A stretch of DNA of 64,000 nucleotides, from NCBI GenBank assembly GCA_040954595.2, contig CM082582.2:3332303-3396302 (forward strand), given 5' to 3'. Position 1 is the first letter of the stretch. The number at the start of each line of letters is the position of its first letter. Positions 48,101 through 60,100 of the stretch are shown piece by piece. The stretch comes from Balanoglossus misakiensis. Taxonomy: Eukaryota; Animalia; Hemichordata. The translations under genes were made by a program, and so were the position numbers. A model generated the notes under the pieces. That model was not told where the DNA came from, did no database searches, and saw only the letters and a program-made list of their open reading frames with translations.

Positions 48101-51100
48101 CTGATTGGCCGGGTCGGAACGCGAGAGTTCAGCGGGATCTCCATTGAGAGTTGGTCAGATGTAGTGTGAGGCGACAACAGAAAAAAACCACGTCGCCGTT
48201 CCCTACATCTGATTTTAATCAGATTGGGTTGAAGCCAACTGCAATTAGTCAGTTGCATTTACCGTGCACATGTTTTAATTATCAACTTCCCCTGAAAGTG
48301 TTTGCAAGGAAAAGTGTCCCCACCCTGGGCAATTCATAGCAATTAATAGCAAAAGAAATCACAAATCATGTAAATAATTATGTCTACTACTTGAAATACA
48401 TTTGCCATTCACGCTAACATATTTATCATCATTTTAGTTGGGCTTGTGTTTATTGTAAAGAGAACACAATTATTCATTTGTCAGGAAACCTATTTCAGCA
48501 TAAACGTCAATTTTTAACAACATATACATACATGAATACTGCCCCCCCCCCCCACCCAGAGTAGACTACATAGCATATCATAACCCATCAAACATGCTTG
48601 CGCGAAAATGATGATCCACAGACGCCCTACTCGTCTCTAAGTATTGTTTAGTCCCTTGTTTCTTCATTTCATTCTATCGTGGTTCTGCTATTTGGTCGGG
48701 TCAGATAAAATGAGCCTCTCGCCAATTAATTACGGGCTTTGCTTTCATCATTGCCCATAATAAAGCACTAAGTAACATGATTGGTTCATGTTTTTGAATA
48801 ATAACATTTTAAATAGCTGGAAAATATAATTTACATTTAGATATTTTACTTGATTATTTTGGTTAAAACTGCCATTCTAACATTTCTACAAAAGCAAAAT
48901 TAATTATTTGATTTATACGATATTTTGTACTCAATCACAAAACAGTTTCGATCATCTTTAATGGTGAGGGTATTGCCCGTTTATGAGGTCAAATATGGAG
49001 CATTTATACATTGAACCAGTGTAAACGATCATTATCCCTGCGATCTTGATAGGTGCATACACATTGAAATTAATGAATACATATATGACTAAAGGAGAGC
49101 ACAGCGAAGCGTTCATGAGAATACATAACACGTGAGACTAGATTAACTGGCAATTGACAGGCAGAATGAATCTATTTAGAAGCCTAAAATCATATGTTCT
49201 TCAAGGATGTTTTCATTTAATGTAAGCCATCATCACTAATATTTTAAGAGACATTTTCATTTACGGAAAATAATTGTCATACAGAAGGAGAACATTGCCA
49301 TGTAAATGATGAGTTCTTAATCGTGTCAGTGGGCGCAGATGGCAATATCGGGATTAAAAGCTCTGAAGGACAATCATTTATCACATTACAGTTCTGCCTA
49401 AATCGTCAACTTACAGGGGGGACATTCTGGGGATATGCCAATGATACCATGTTTGAGGTACAGGATTTGAAAAAGCGAATGCTGATATGTTATTGACAAC
49501 CCAAGAAAACAAACGGCTTTGATGTTCCAAATTTTTTTTAAAGAAAGTGGAACGTTCATTTATGAGATAGCTTAACGTGTTCATAAAATAAAACACGTTC
49601 ATATGCAGTAGTCGTCATGATATTTTTAAAATGGCTGACATCACGATGAAGGGTTGTTGTTGAGGGTCAAATATTATAAATGTCAGTGAAAGTGGAATAG
49701 TGTGAATACAACACTAATAGTATTGAACTCGATTGGAGGCAGTCCTGGGAAGGAGAGTGCAATGCATACAGCAGTTTATTCAGAAAAAGAAGGCTTATCG
49801 AGTCCAGTCTGTTATCATGGCAACAACATTACACAAACGTAACATTAATAAAAGTCATAAAATTTATTTGAGCTCAAACACAGCTGAATTTATTTGGGTA
49901 CTTCAACACATCAATATCGAAAAGGATTACAAAGTTTGATATTTTGTACACTTAATGAACTTGCTATTCATGTTTTCTGTTTAAAATATTACACACAGTG
50001 GATATACATTTATTATAAATAGATATGCACCCACCTTGTCCATGCGATTCCATCTTAGCTGCGATACTAACTGTTACCCCAAATAAGCAATACCGAGGCA
50101 TTGTTGTCCCTACAACTCCAGCCACACATGGACCTACAGAAAAGTAAACGGATGGACAGTGAGTGAATAAGCAAAAGTCAGGCAAACTAAATTGCCAATA
50201 TGTATAGACCTACGTTTACGAATGGCCATACTGAGAAAATGACGGAACACAAATATTTCTTTAATTTCTTAAATTTAAAATAATGGATATGTGAAAACTA
50301 TTAACAGTTAAAGAATATTGCTGCTAGTACTTTGCTCGATGCCACAAGTCCAGCGCATTATATACAGTGTCTCAGAAAAAAATCTTGGAATTTTAAACGT
50401 GCACCCTAGTGGCCTATACAGGTCTGCTGTGATACATAGCATTTAATGAACAAGATGACTGCATCGGCATTCAATGGGCGCATTTCTCTTGAGACTTGGC
50501 CTTGGGATTTATTTCTTCATGAGACATTGGTCATAAAATGGACATTTTCACATTAAAATTGTAAAAGGGGTCAATAAGATGATGAAGACAAGACATGTGA
50601 AAAACAAGACATTAAACACAAATACCTAGTACTACAGGGGCCTCCATCAAATCGAAAGAAGGCATATGACAAGATGAATACAGAAAATAAATGTTTAAAA
50701 AATCACGACATATACATGGAAACGTTCTAAGTTAGTAAACTAGCACCAGGTCATTGTTCACCATTTGGCGAGGGTGGTACCGATCCACTGACTGTCACCA
50801 AAACTATGACCCTCGTGTTGGTTACACCAACGTAAACAGACATAACAAATATGTGAAAATTTGGTAGAAAATTTACTTTTCGATGAATTAGGAAGTCAGT
50901 TGTGTTCTTTTGTAGCTTGTAAATGGTTGTTTGGTTGTGTATCCACCATATTTCAAACCAATCGTGATGAAAAATTATTATTCTTTATGTTTAGAGCATG
51001 ATAACCCAATTATCATACCTGTATGTAACCCTATTCTCATTTTCATCTTCTCCGTAGGCTTATGTGGAACAGATAGCTGCGAAATTTGTGTATGCAGATC

Positions 51101-54058
51101 CAATGCTAAGGACGAGATCTCACCAACGTGATTGTTTCCATTTCTAACAGGAACCCCTGAAAGCATAAAATATAACATATGATGGCATAAAAGATGTGTA
51201 ACTTTACAATCGTGTTACAGTATAAAATAACACACAGGAAGAAGTCCTTGTCTATAACCTAGTTCATACATAGTAGAATGAAATCAGTCCAGCGACACCT
51301 ACATAATCACTCGAGGAAAATACTCATGACGTACCGCGTGGGATGATGAATTGTGAAGGTATTAGCGTATCAATTCACAAGCTACGCCTATCACATGTTT
51401 AAGCAGGAAACTCTATGATTTCTCGATGTGTGGAACACAATACATCGTGTTCATCATTGTTCGATTACTTGATATTTATGAGATTTTGTCCTTATATGGC
51501 TGCATGTCCTGTTCGTTCTCATCAACGGTAACGTGATATACCATTGCAAAAGTTTTTTTGTCCTCTCATTTTCCTGTGCCTTACTATGATAAGAATAAAT
51601 AAAGAAGGTTTTTGCGTTTGTTTTTTCTTTAACAAAGATGAGGTTTAATATCTTTTGTCACGTCTAAACAGTTTTGTGTTCAATCTGGGCTTTCATAATT
51701 TGCTACCGCGACTGCCACAATTATGATCCAAACAAATGTGTCTGAGATTTCTTTTATCTACACCAGGTTTAGCAGCAAAATTTTAAAGGTGATAGACAAG
51801 GGTAAGTCATTGCCTTGGAAGTTGCCCTGTTATACAAATGATCCAGGCCTTTTAAAATAATGAAGGCACACTGTGCATGACATGTACGGCAGCTTGCATT
51901 TACGTAAACAGTCGGATATCTTAACATGTTGATGTGATAAAGTGAAAGTGTCATGTGGTACTTATGTAAACAATGGTAACACGGTTGAAACAAATATATT
52001 CCGGAAAATGTATTCTTAATGGCATTTCATAATCCCCCTCATCCCCCCAAATGTCGGGGTAGGGGAGGGGCACAGTTTGCCGGATAAAAAACACTGGTGA
52101 CCATCTTGAAAGAAAAAATTCAGGGAGTTTATTGATGGGCAAAAATATCAGGTTCACTTTGCTATTGTCAGGTTAATAACCATCTACCAACAGAGTTTGA
52201 TAAAATAAACAATTGATTGCAAAATAATTGTCAATGATCTCCCCCTATACTCTACTTGAGTTCTCGTTCATGCTGTGAGAGCCAGTAATGAAGTAATGAA
52301 GGAACTGTTGTAATTGCGTGGTTAATAAAGTACTACTTTCTACACGTGATACAGTCTGACGCGATTGAGTTTTTCTCACATGGACATGAATCCCCAACCC
52401 CACCCCCTTGTTGCTGATATTTTTTTCATGTCTGTGTTTCAACCTGACACTTAGTTTGGATGATTGCTCTTCCAATACAAATCATATTATAGATTTTAGG
52501 TCAACAGTTTTTTTTTTTCATTTTTGAATAATGGCAACATTCTTAGGGTAAGTCCCTATCCTTTTACGTGTATTATGAATATTTTATGATTATTGACATT
52601 GATTGACTTCTTACCTGATACAACCATATAAGCATCACCGATTGTTTCCACCTTGTAACAGTCATAAATACCAATACGAGAATCAAACAGCGAGTACAAA
52701 CCATTTAACATAGCCACTACTTCCATTGGACTTAGTGTAGAACAAATTGTTGTAAATCCGACAATGTCCGAGAAATAAATCGTACACTCATCAAATGTTT
52801 CTGCCTGCACAAATCCAGTGCGTTTTAATTCTTCACTGACTGCTTTTGGTAGCATAGTGTTTATGAGTCGGTCGCTCCGTCTCTTTTCCCGACCTAGTTC
52901 CCGTGACTTCTCTTTCAGTCGTATCAGGAAATGTTGTAGTTTTTTCACTGCCATGTAGACAATTCTTACAATCAAAGGAGTCGCTAGCACATTGAAGCAT
53001 ATCAGTGACCCGATTAACACGATGGATATTTCCGTTTTCGTTGTCTGAACAGAAATTTCATGCGTAAGAATTGCTCCAATGGAATTCTGTAATGCACCGA
53101 GACTATGGATAAGATATGTCATATTTTCGAACCAGTAATCCAATATCAATGACGAAGAATTGTTAGTTAATGAAATTTCTTCTTGTCTCATACTCTGAAC
53201 ATTCTGAAGAACGTCATGATAACTATAGTTCAATTGTATGTCTGTCGCCAAAGCTTGCGCCATTCCAAATGCCTCGTCACCTTGGAACACTTTCTCGATA
53301 TAGAGTAGGTACTCGTCGGTTTGATCATGCTCTCCTCCAGCCAGAATAGAGCTTGCAATGTCACGTTCTATCGCCAATTGTTCTTGTAGCACAGTGAAAA
53401 ACTCATGTGATGCAATCGTAGTCCACACATTTTCATGTATCTTGACGGACAGATCCTTGAAAACAATATCTATGTATAAGTCGATGAGACCCGAGTATTG
53501 TTCGGCAATATCAAGTGCTGATACATTGGTGTTGTTTACCATGACCGTATCTCGTATATGTTTGACATCTGTCTCCAGCAATTCTATCAGACGATGATGT
53601 TGTGGTATAACCAGTCTCACTACATTGTCAGTATTATTGTACACATAACTGAGCTGTTCGTTCGATGTGTTGGATTTCGAGTACAGGCATTTCACAGACG
53701 TAGCCCTTTCCATCTGCAAATACTGAATAATTCTTACCGAGTCCAGTCCTTCCTTGACAATGCCCAAGTTGTCAGCATGAGTCTTGTAGTCTGTGATCGA
53801 TCCGGCCAGTTCGTTCAGGCTGAATATCAGATAAATACACACAGGTAATAGGTACAGCATCAGCAAGCGTATAACTTGTCGTTTTTGTCCTTTTCCAGTG
53901 AACATTTCATTTCTACCTCCACAATAGCTCTTCGGAAATGTTGACGTGAAAGATGAACTCGTGCGGCTACCCATGGTGGCTGTAGTATCAAAGCTTCGTA
54001 GTGTCAAAGCGCTATGTCTGTGTTCGAGTTGCCGGATATGACGCAAGCTTTTCCACAT
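45124..54058 (-). CDS. NIT-GC: Membrane NIT (nitrate/nitrite-sensing) domain guanylate cyclase, 620 aa, 5 coding exons
   Basis: Exons 54058-52615, 51156-51019, 50133-50035, 46636-46545, 45213-45124 (1863 nt, phases 1,1,1,0). TM1 [17 protein letters not shown]; NIT-like [11 protein letters not shown]...LAIERD...WFENMT; TM2 [21 protein letters not shown]; S-helix [14 protein letters not shown]; cyclase [60 protein letters not shown]. Confidence 0.9.
47487..48226. mobile_element. Non-autonomous DNA transposon (740 bp, about 102-bp TIRs, 9-bp TSD; Mutator-like) in intron 3 of NIT-GC
   Basis: TIRs 47487-47588 and 48125-48226 (CAATCTGATTAAAATCAGATGTAGGGAACGGCGACG...), flanked by the direct repeat GGTTGAAGC at 47478-47486 and 48227-48235. 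Confidence 0.88.
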
Positions 54059-54518
54059 TTTCACAAAGAAATGGCCTTCGAGTGCAAATTTCTACATTAC
54101 GTTATGATGTTAAAGTGTTTTGACACTCTCGTACTTTCAACGACAGAATTTCATGGTTTATAAAACGTTGAAGTTTAGCTCCGCTGATCACTGAAAGGGC
54201 AGACTACGCATGAGCAATGTAATTCGGTTTGTTTTCATGAATTCCGATCTGATTAAATTCAGCTTTAGAGACTGCTTCCGTCTACACTATTGCTGTGTTC
54301 TTATGCTGGTGCTGTCTAGTATAGAATGTATCGTTCAGAGATTTTGCTCTACAGCAGCCATTTCGATTGTACTTTCTATACGGTTGTACCGATGAACAAA
54401 GGAATCACACCAAACAATATGATTTGATCACAACATTTTTGGTACTTGCTCAGAACAGCGGAATTTTGGCCACAACAGTTAATACTTATCTAATGAATGG
54501 CGATCACTAAAAGTGTCA

Positions 54519-54780
54519 TAAAGGCTGCCACACACAAGAGAAACCAGCTGAGCAAAAAGTCATTCGAGGAATTTTGCTCAGCAAGTTTCTCTCGTGTGCG
54601 GTGGTCTTGAGTAATTTTCCTCGCGAGGAAAAAAATATCAAACATGTTGAATATCGTGATCCGCGGCGCAAAAGTAAAAAGATCAGGAAAAATCGCCCGC
54701 ACACGGAAGGAAAATTGCTGAGCAAAATTCCTCGAATGACTTTTTGCTCAGCTGATTTCTCTCGTGTGCGGCAGCCTTTA
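54519..54780. mobile_element. MITE (about 260 bp, about 65-bp TIRs, TA-flanked) about 460 bp upstream of the NIT-GC start codon
   Basis: TAAAGGCTGCC.CACAC.AGAGAAA.CAGCTGAGCAAAAAGTCATTCGAGGAATTTTGCTCAGCAA and its reverse complement ending GGCAGCCTTTA. Confidence 0.82.
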
Positions 54781-56950
54781 GTCAGGGCCAGCAACTGAAG
54801 TCAAATATTCTAAGATAAGTATAAAAATGATAATGAAAGCACAGTTAAACAGATATTACTTGTGTTGGCATTCACTTTGGAGTAGTGCTGCATTTCAGAT
54901 TTATTATATATAAAGCCCTTCTTTGTGTATAATGTAATTAGTAAATGGATTATTTTCATGGTATTTCAGTAGAAAATGACATTCTCCTTGACCGTGTCTG
55001 CTTCAAAAACAACTGGATTTCACTGAAAATATATTATTTCCTATTTTTTTTTACTACAGTGGTGTTATCATGCTTTGTATAGATAGCATGTGATCCTTCG
55101 TCTAATATAGGGTCATAAAATATGACATTCCCCCAGGGCTAAAGCTTCCTTGATAGCTGATTTACTGAAGGGACTATGGAGATTCAGTTTTTGTTACACA
55201 TGAATGAGCAGAGATCAATACTTCTTCCTACATTTTCAGATGATACTTGACCTGCATTAACATCATTCAATTTTAAAATATAAGGACTATAGATCCAGTG
55301 TCCACATGTAAATGCAGTATTCTCCGCGGTCAGCACGGGATACCAGGGTGTTCATTCAAATTGTTCGTCTACCAATGTCTGAGCACCATCTGTGAAACGT
55401 ACACATACAGATACCTTGGCTTTGATGTCAATATTGAACACAAAGTAATAAGAAAGAAGTTACCCACGTTGTCACAGAATTCAATTAGGGAGACAATTAA
55501 CAACTGCATCTATATGAAGTTAATTGTGATGAAAAGATTTCAACAGAAATTGAATACGAAGCTGTAGGATATGTCAGGCGTTGGCTCACTGTCTACAAGA
55601 TCGTTTTTTTTACCTTGAAGTCAGGAGGATTGCTGGGCTCAATAATTCATACATGTATATTATCCACTTTGCCAAAAACATGTTATATTACCCTGTATAG
55701 AGCGATAATGAAAATGTGGGTTAGACAGCAATTATATACTTACACCACACATGTGTGATTTAATGAATCTATATTAAATGTAATGTAAACAATTATTTCT
55801 TTGGTCAAAATAGGTCACAGGTCCATTTATTCAAGTGTCAAATGATATTACAGGGTTATTCGCAAAACACAGTTCTATATGGAGGAGGGCTGCGGTTCGT
55901 CTAAAACGTTACTCACTGAGCCTGGGTTTGATTGGTTTCATCAGACTGGGTTGCCATGGCAGCAATACAACTTTCAACGGCCTGCTATGTTCCCGGATGT
56001 TGCCTATTCTTATCAATGCATTGATTTTGCACTCAAATAGTCGCCAGTAATAAACAGCATTAGAATGTATGCCCAAATGACCAATAATGGACCTTAGGCA
56101 CGCAATGTACTCCATAATGTGGTCGGCTATCGCCACTCACATTGCTTTGTATAATGTGTGATTTCGTCCATTACGGGTCGTTGGGCTTCATTAATGTTTA
56201 AACAATAGTTGATTGAGGAGATCGGATCTTCACAATGTATTTAAGCATTGAAGTTAAATTCAAGTGTGAAGCTAATTACTTTAAAGGCATAAATTTGAAA
56301 CCCATTTGTATACTAAAGGTTGAAAAAGTCTCCTCAACACACAAATTTGTCCAAAAATGCCAAGCTACATGTCCTTGCATGTCTTTTGCTTGCTCCATGG
56401 AATAAACCTATTCCTTAGACATCTATGGTCAAGTGGACAAAGTTATTTCAGTGTGTGTAATTTAGTGTATAATTTAAGAAATTACACTGGAGCTTTCCAC
56501 ATGCTACCACTCTGAACTCCAAAAATTTATTGAGCCAAAAGTGGTAATCCTCTTCAAATAACCTTGATCATTTACGCCAAAACATCATGAAGGGAAAATA
56601 CTCTGAGAAGCTGAGACTCAAACAATTCTTTTTCATCCACATGTCTTAAATATTTACGAGATTACTGATCAATTTAGATTGTTTGTAGCAAGATGTCAAT
56701 TGACACTCCTCAAATATGACAGTCTTTTGTCCAGGTAGTATCCAGCAAATCACTCTAAATCTTATAACATTTGTAATCGTCCTTCAGAAATTTCATGTAC
56801 TCAATGGGTGAACAAAACTCATTAAATCGTACCGTGAACGAGAGAACAGAAGAGCTGAAATTTTCTGATATAATTACGGGAAGAAATCATGAAAAAGAGA
56901 GGTTTAAGGCCCCATACTAATTCCTACAGTACTGTAGCTGTGCTGTTCTT

Positions 56951-57133
56951 CAATACAAAAAGAAGTCAGGTTTTTCAGCACTCTATATCAAGTAATTCAT
57001 GATGAAGCATGAGCTTCTGGAGACATGTACTTGTGCAGAAGGAGACTACATGTCCCTGAAAGCTCATGCTTCAATATTTATTAATTGATCTACCGGTATA
57101 GAGTGCTGAAAAAAACTTGACTTTTGTATTTGA
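56951..57133. repeat. Imperfect palindromic element (old MITE)
   Basis: AATACAAAA..AGTCA.GTTTTTCAGCACTCTATA..GAAGCATGAGCTT..GACATGTA pairs with TACATGTC..AAGCTCATGCTTC..TATAGAGTGCTGAAAAA..TGACTTTTGTATT. Confidence 0.7.
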
Positions 57134-60100
57134 GATGAAAGTGCTTTTCAACATCAAAACAAGCGACCAAACATTACTATCATTAATAAACAAAACAAGT
57201 ATAGAACAGTTATTAAAGTCGCCATCCTATTCGGTGCACAGATCTCAAAACGTTTCAAGACAAAAAAGCCTTTTCATCAACAGATAACTAAGTTGTCAGT
57301 ACACTGTTACAGAAAGACACGTCTGTTCTCAACGTATAAAGAAACCTACGCTACAATTGATGATTGTAGCATAGGACCATCGATTCATTACTCAAGTACT
57401 TTCAAAACATATACAATTATAAACGAAGGCGAGTTCGAAACGAAATCAATTTCATGGTCCATTAGTAAATGTCGGTTTAATAGGTGAGCAGATAATAGCT
57501 AGAAAGATATTACCTTTGTAAAGAATTGGGGACTTATATTAATGCATTGACAATGTGGCATTCCTCACCAATTTTGTTAAGAAGTAACCAGCGGCTGTTG
57601 AACGACTCAGTGGGAGATTAATCTCATTTCACAGCCTGGCGTCCCGCCTAATGGTCAGGAAAACACAAATGTTCGTCTTATAAATCTCCTTATTCAGGAA
57701 TTTCTAATACAGAGAAAGCATTTACCACAAATAATGAGAAATGTCCCATCTTTCAAAAATGAGCTTCTAGCTCCTATAACACCAACTGTCTCCTGGAAAC
57801 GAATATTACAATTGAAAGTTGAGATTGAGTACGTTTTTCTTGAGCGAGGGAAGGTGCAAATGTAAATGAAGGAGTTGATGGGCGAATTGAGACAACGCAA
57901 GGACAGAAAGAATACAAATAGATGTCACATGTATGACGTCATCAACACGAATGTGTACGTACGTAAATGTGGGATTTGTTTCCCTATAATCCTGACAGTA
58001 TCAGATGTGTTCTATGTGGATGTCTTGTACATATTGAACATTTGGTATTTTTATGCTTATTTAAACAATTACCCACAGAAAGAATGCGGTTAAATGTTAG
58101 TGTAAAACCTTGACACATTGCAGTCAACCAAATTACGGAGATGGATTTTCAAACTAGGAAATTGATAAAAATAATTTTATGAAATTTCCTGTATATCAAA
58201 TGCATTTTATCATGAAATATAGTATTTTTATTATAAATCAGTGAGTGATTTTAGAACTCAATGATAATGGTGCTTCTAAATATCATTTTGAAGCCAAATA
58301 CTTCATTCCATTGATCGCCTTGGCAAATTGGAAAAAGCTGTTTTCAATTTGCAAAAGACATGCCCAGCCTGGAACGCCTGTGTCGAAAACGTCACAGCTG
58401 GTTCCGCAGGGAAGGAAAAATTGTATAATTAGATGTACTGTATGTACTTGGTTACCTAGCCAACTTGGCTGTTCTAAGAACTAATGACCAGCTTAACATG
58501 TTCTCATATAATTTAATGCTGGTGACGAAGGAGACTAAAAAATTGTGTTTCATCACTGATCTTAATAACGTGAAGACGCGCCAGTTCGATCAGTACATTT
58601 TATCGGGGTAGTTAACACGCTGGCACTTTTGTTCAAAGTGCATGAACGTACATTTTCCAACAATATAAATGTTCATGAGTTAAGCAATGTTGTAGTTTAA
58701 TATCCTATAATAATAAAGTCTGTTAAGCCGAAATTAATCCCATAATCAGACCAGAGAGTATCCCACATAACACAGTTTCATAGATTGTCAATTATAATAT
58801 TTTGCGATTATAACCATTTGCATTTTGTGATATGCCCTATGATACAAGATGAGATCCGTCTGTCGATAAAATTTCTACTACGTTCATGATTTTCGGATGA
58901 AAGATTTTGCTACGTGCGATGTCGATTAAATATGAAAGCAATTAAATATACATTTTTACACTTAGGGTTGATTATATGCAGAATTATCTTTTTTTTAAAA
59001 AAATTCAAGGCCACTGAAGGTAATACTTGAAATGGCTGCAAACCTCTTCACTTGCAATTTCTCCGATTATTTCTTTCGGAAAATGCTGTATGACCCGGAA
59101 TGGCCTTCTGAGCACTTGACTGATCTTATGAATGCCAGCATTTGAACCATTCATCATATGAAATTTCGGTCAGTTAGATTTATGTAAATATACAGTCTTA
59201 TTTACAAAATATAAATGCAAAGTCATAGCGAGCAAATACCAAACAACACAAATCAAATATTTCAGTAAGTATACAAATGCAATCCCCTCCTCAGACCTAC
59301 ACAAACAATTGCCATTATAACTAGAATACTGTCTTCTAATACCACAAATGTACCAACAGGCGGTTTCAGGAAAACATGTTTTTCTATTGATCAGTAATCA
59401 AAGCCATTAAGGGTAAACCGAATGATTCAAATTGCTAAGCAACGGTTGCTAAGGGTAATTCCCAAAATCTATCAAAATACAACGTTCACAGCTCTGTTTT
59501 AAAACATCTCCGAGTGACCTCCTACAAATTTGCACCATATTTGCTATAATTTCAGAATTTAACAATCCAGATAGCTGTTCAGCTAAAAATGCCCCTACAA
59601 TGAAATTACATTATCTAACCACATACAAACGATTGAAATTTAATGTCCACCTTGTCATTAACTGAAATTTTGCGAAGAAAAAAATATGACACCATCTTAT
59701 CAACCGTGGGGAATTTTTAGTAAAGCATGCTTATATATATTCTCCTCATTTACGTACCATTCTACCAAAATCGCTGGTTGGTGCGTTGGTTGAGGACTGG
59801 GAGAGTTAAAAAGTTGCGAACATTTTCAAAATACCATGAGTCAAAATACGTACAAAACAATGAAACAGCGAGATCTAAAGCGCTGCATCATTTCGGTTGA
59901 GGTAACATCCTTTAAAACCATGTCTAAGATTTGCTCGTTTGTGTTTTGAGGTGCTATATTGGTAAATGAATTCAGAGTGTCATAAAAGTCCATGATAAGA
60001 CAATTACTGAAAACGCCTACTAAGTGACACTAGTAATGTATACTGCTCTCAGTATTCCATTGTCTCGTTTTAGTAGCAATGTGGAGACTGTTGCGTCTTC

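Noticed and set aside
52556-54064. Treating the 502-aa ORF as a complete intronless or bacterial (HGT/contaminant) gene
   Set aside because: The cyclase domain is interrupted at a GTAAG donor (52614) and completed by four downstream spliceosomal exons.
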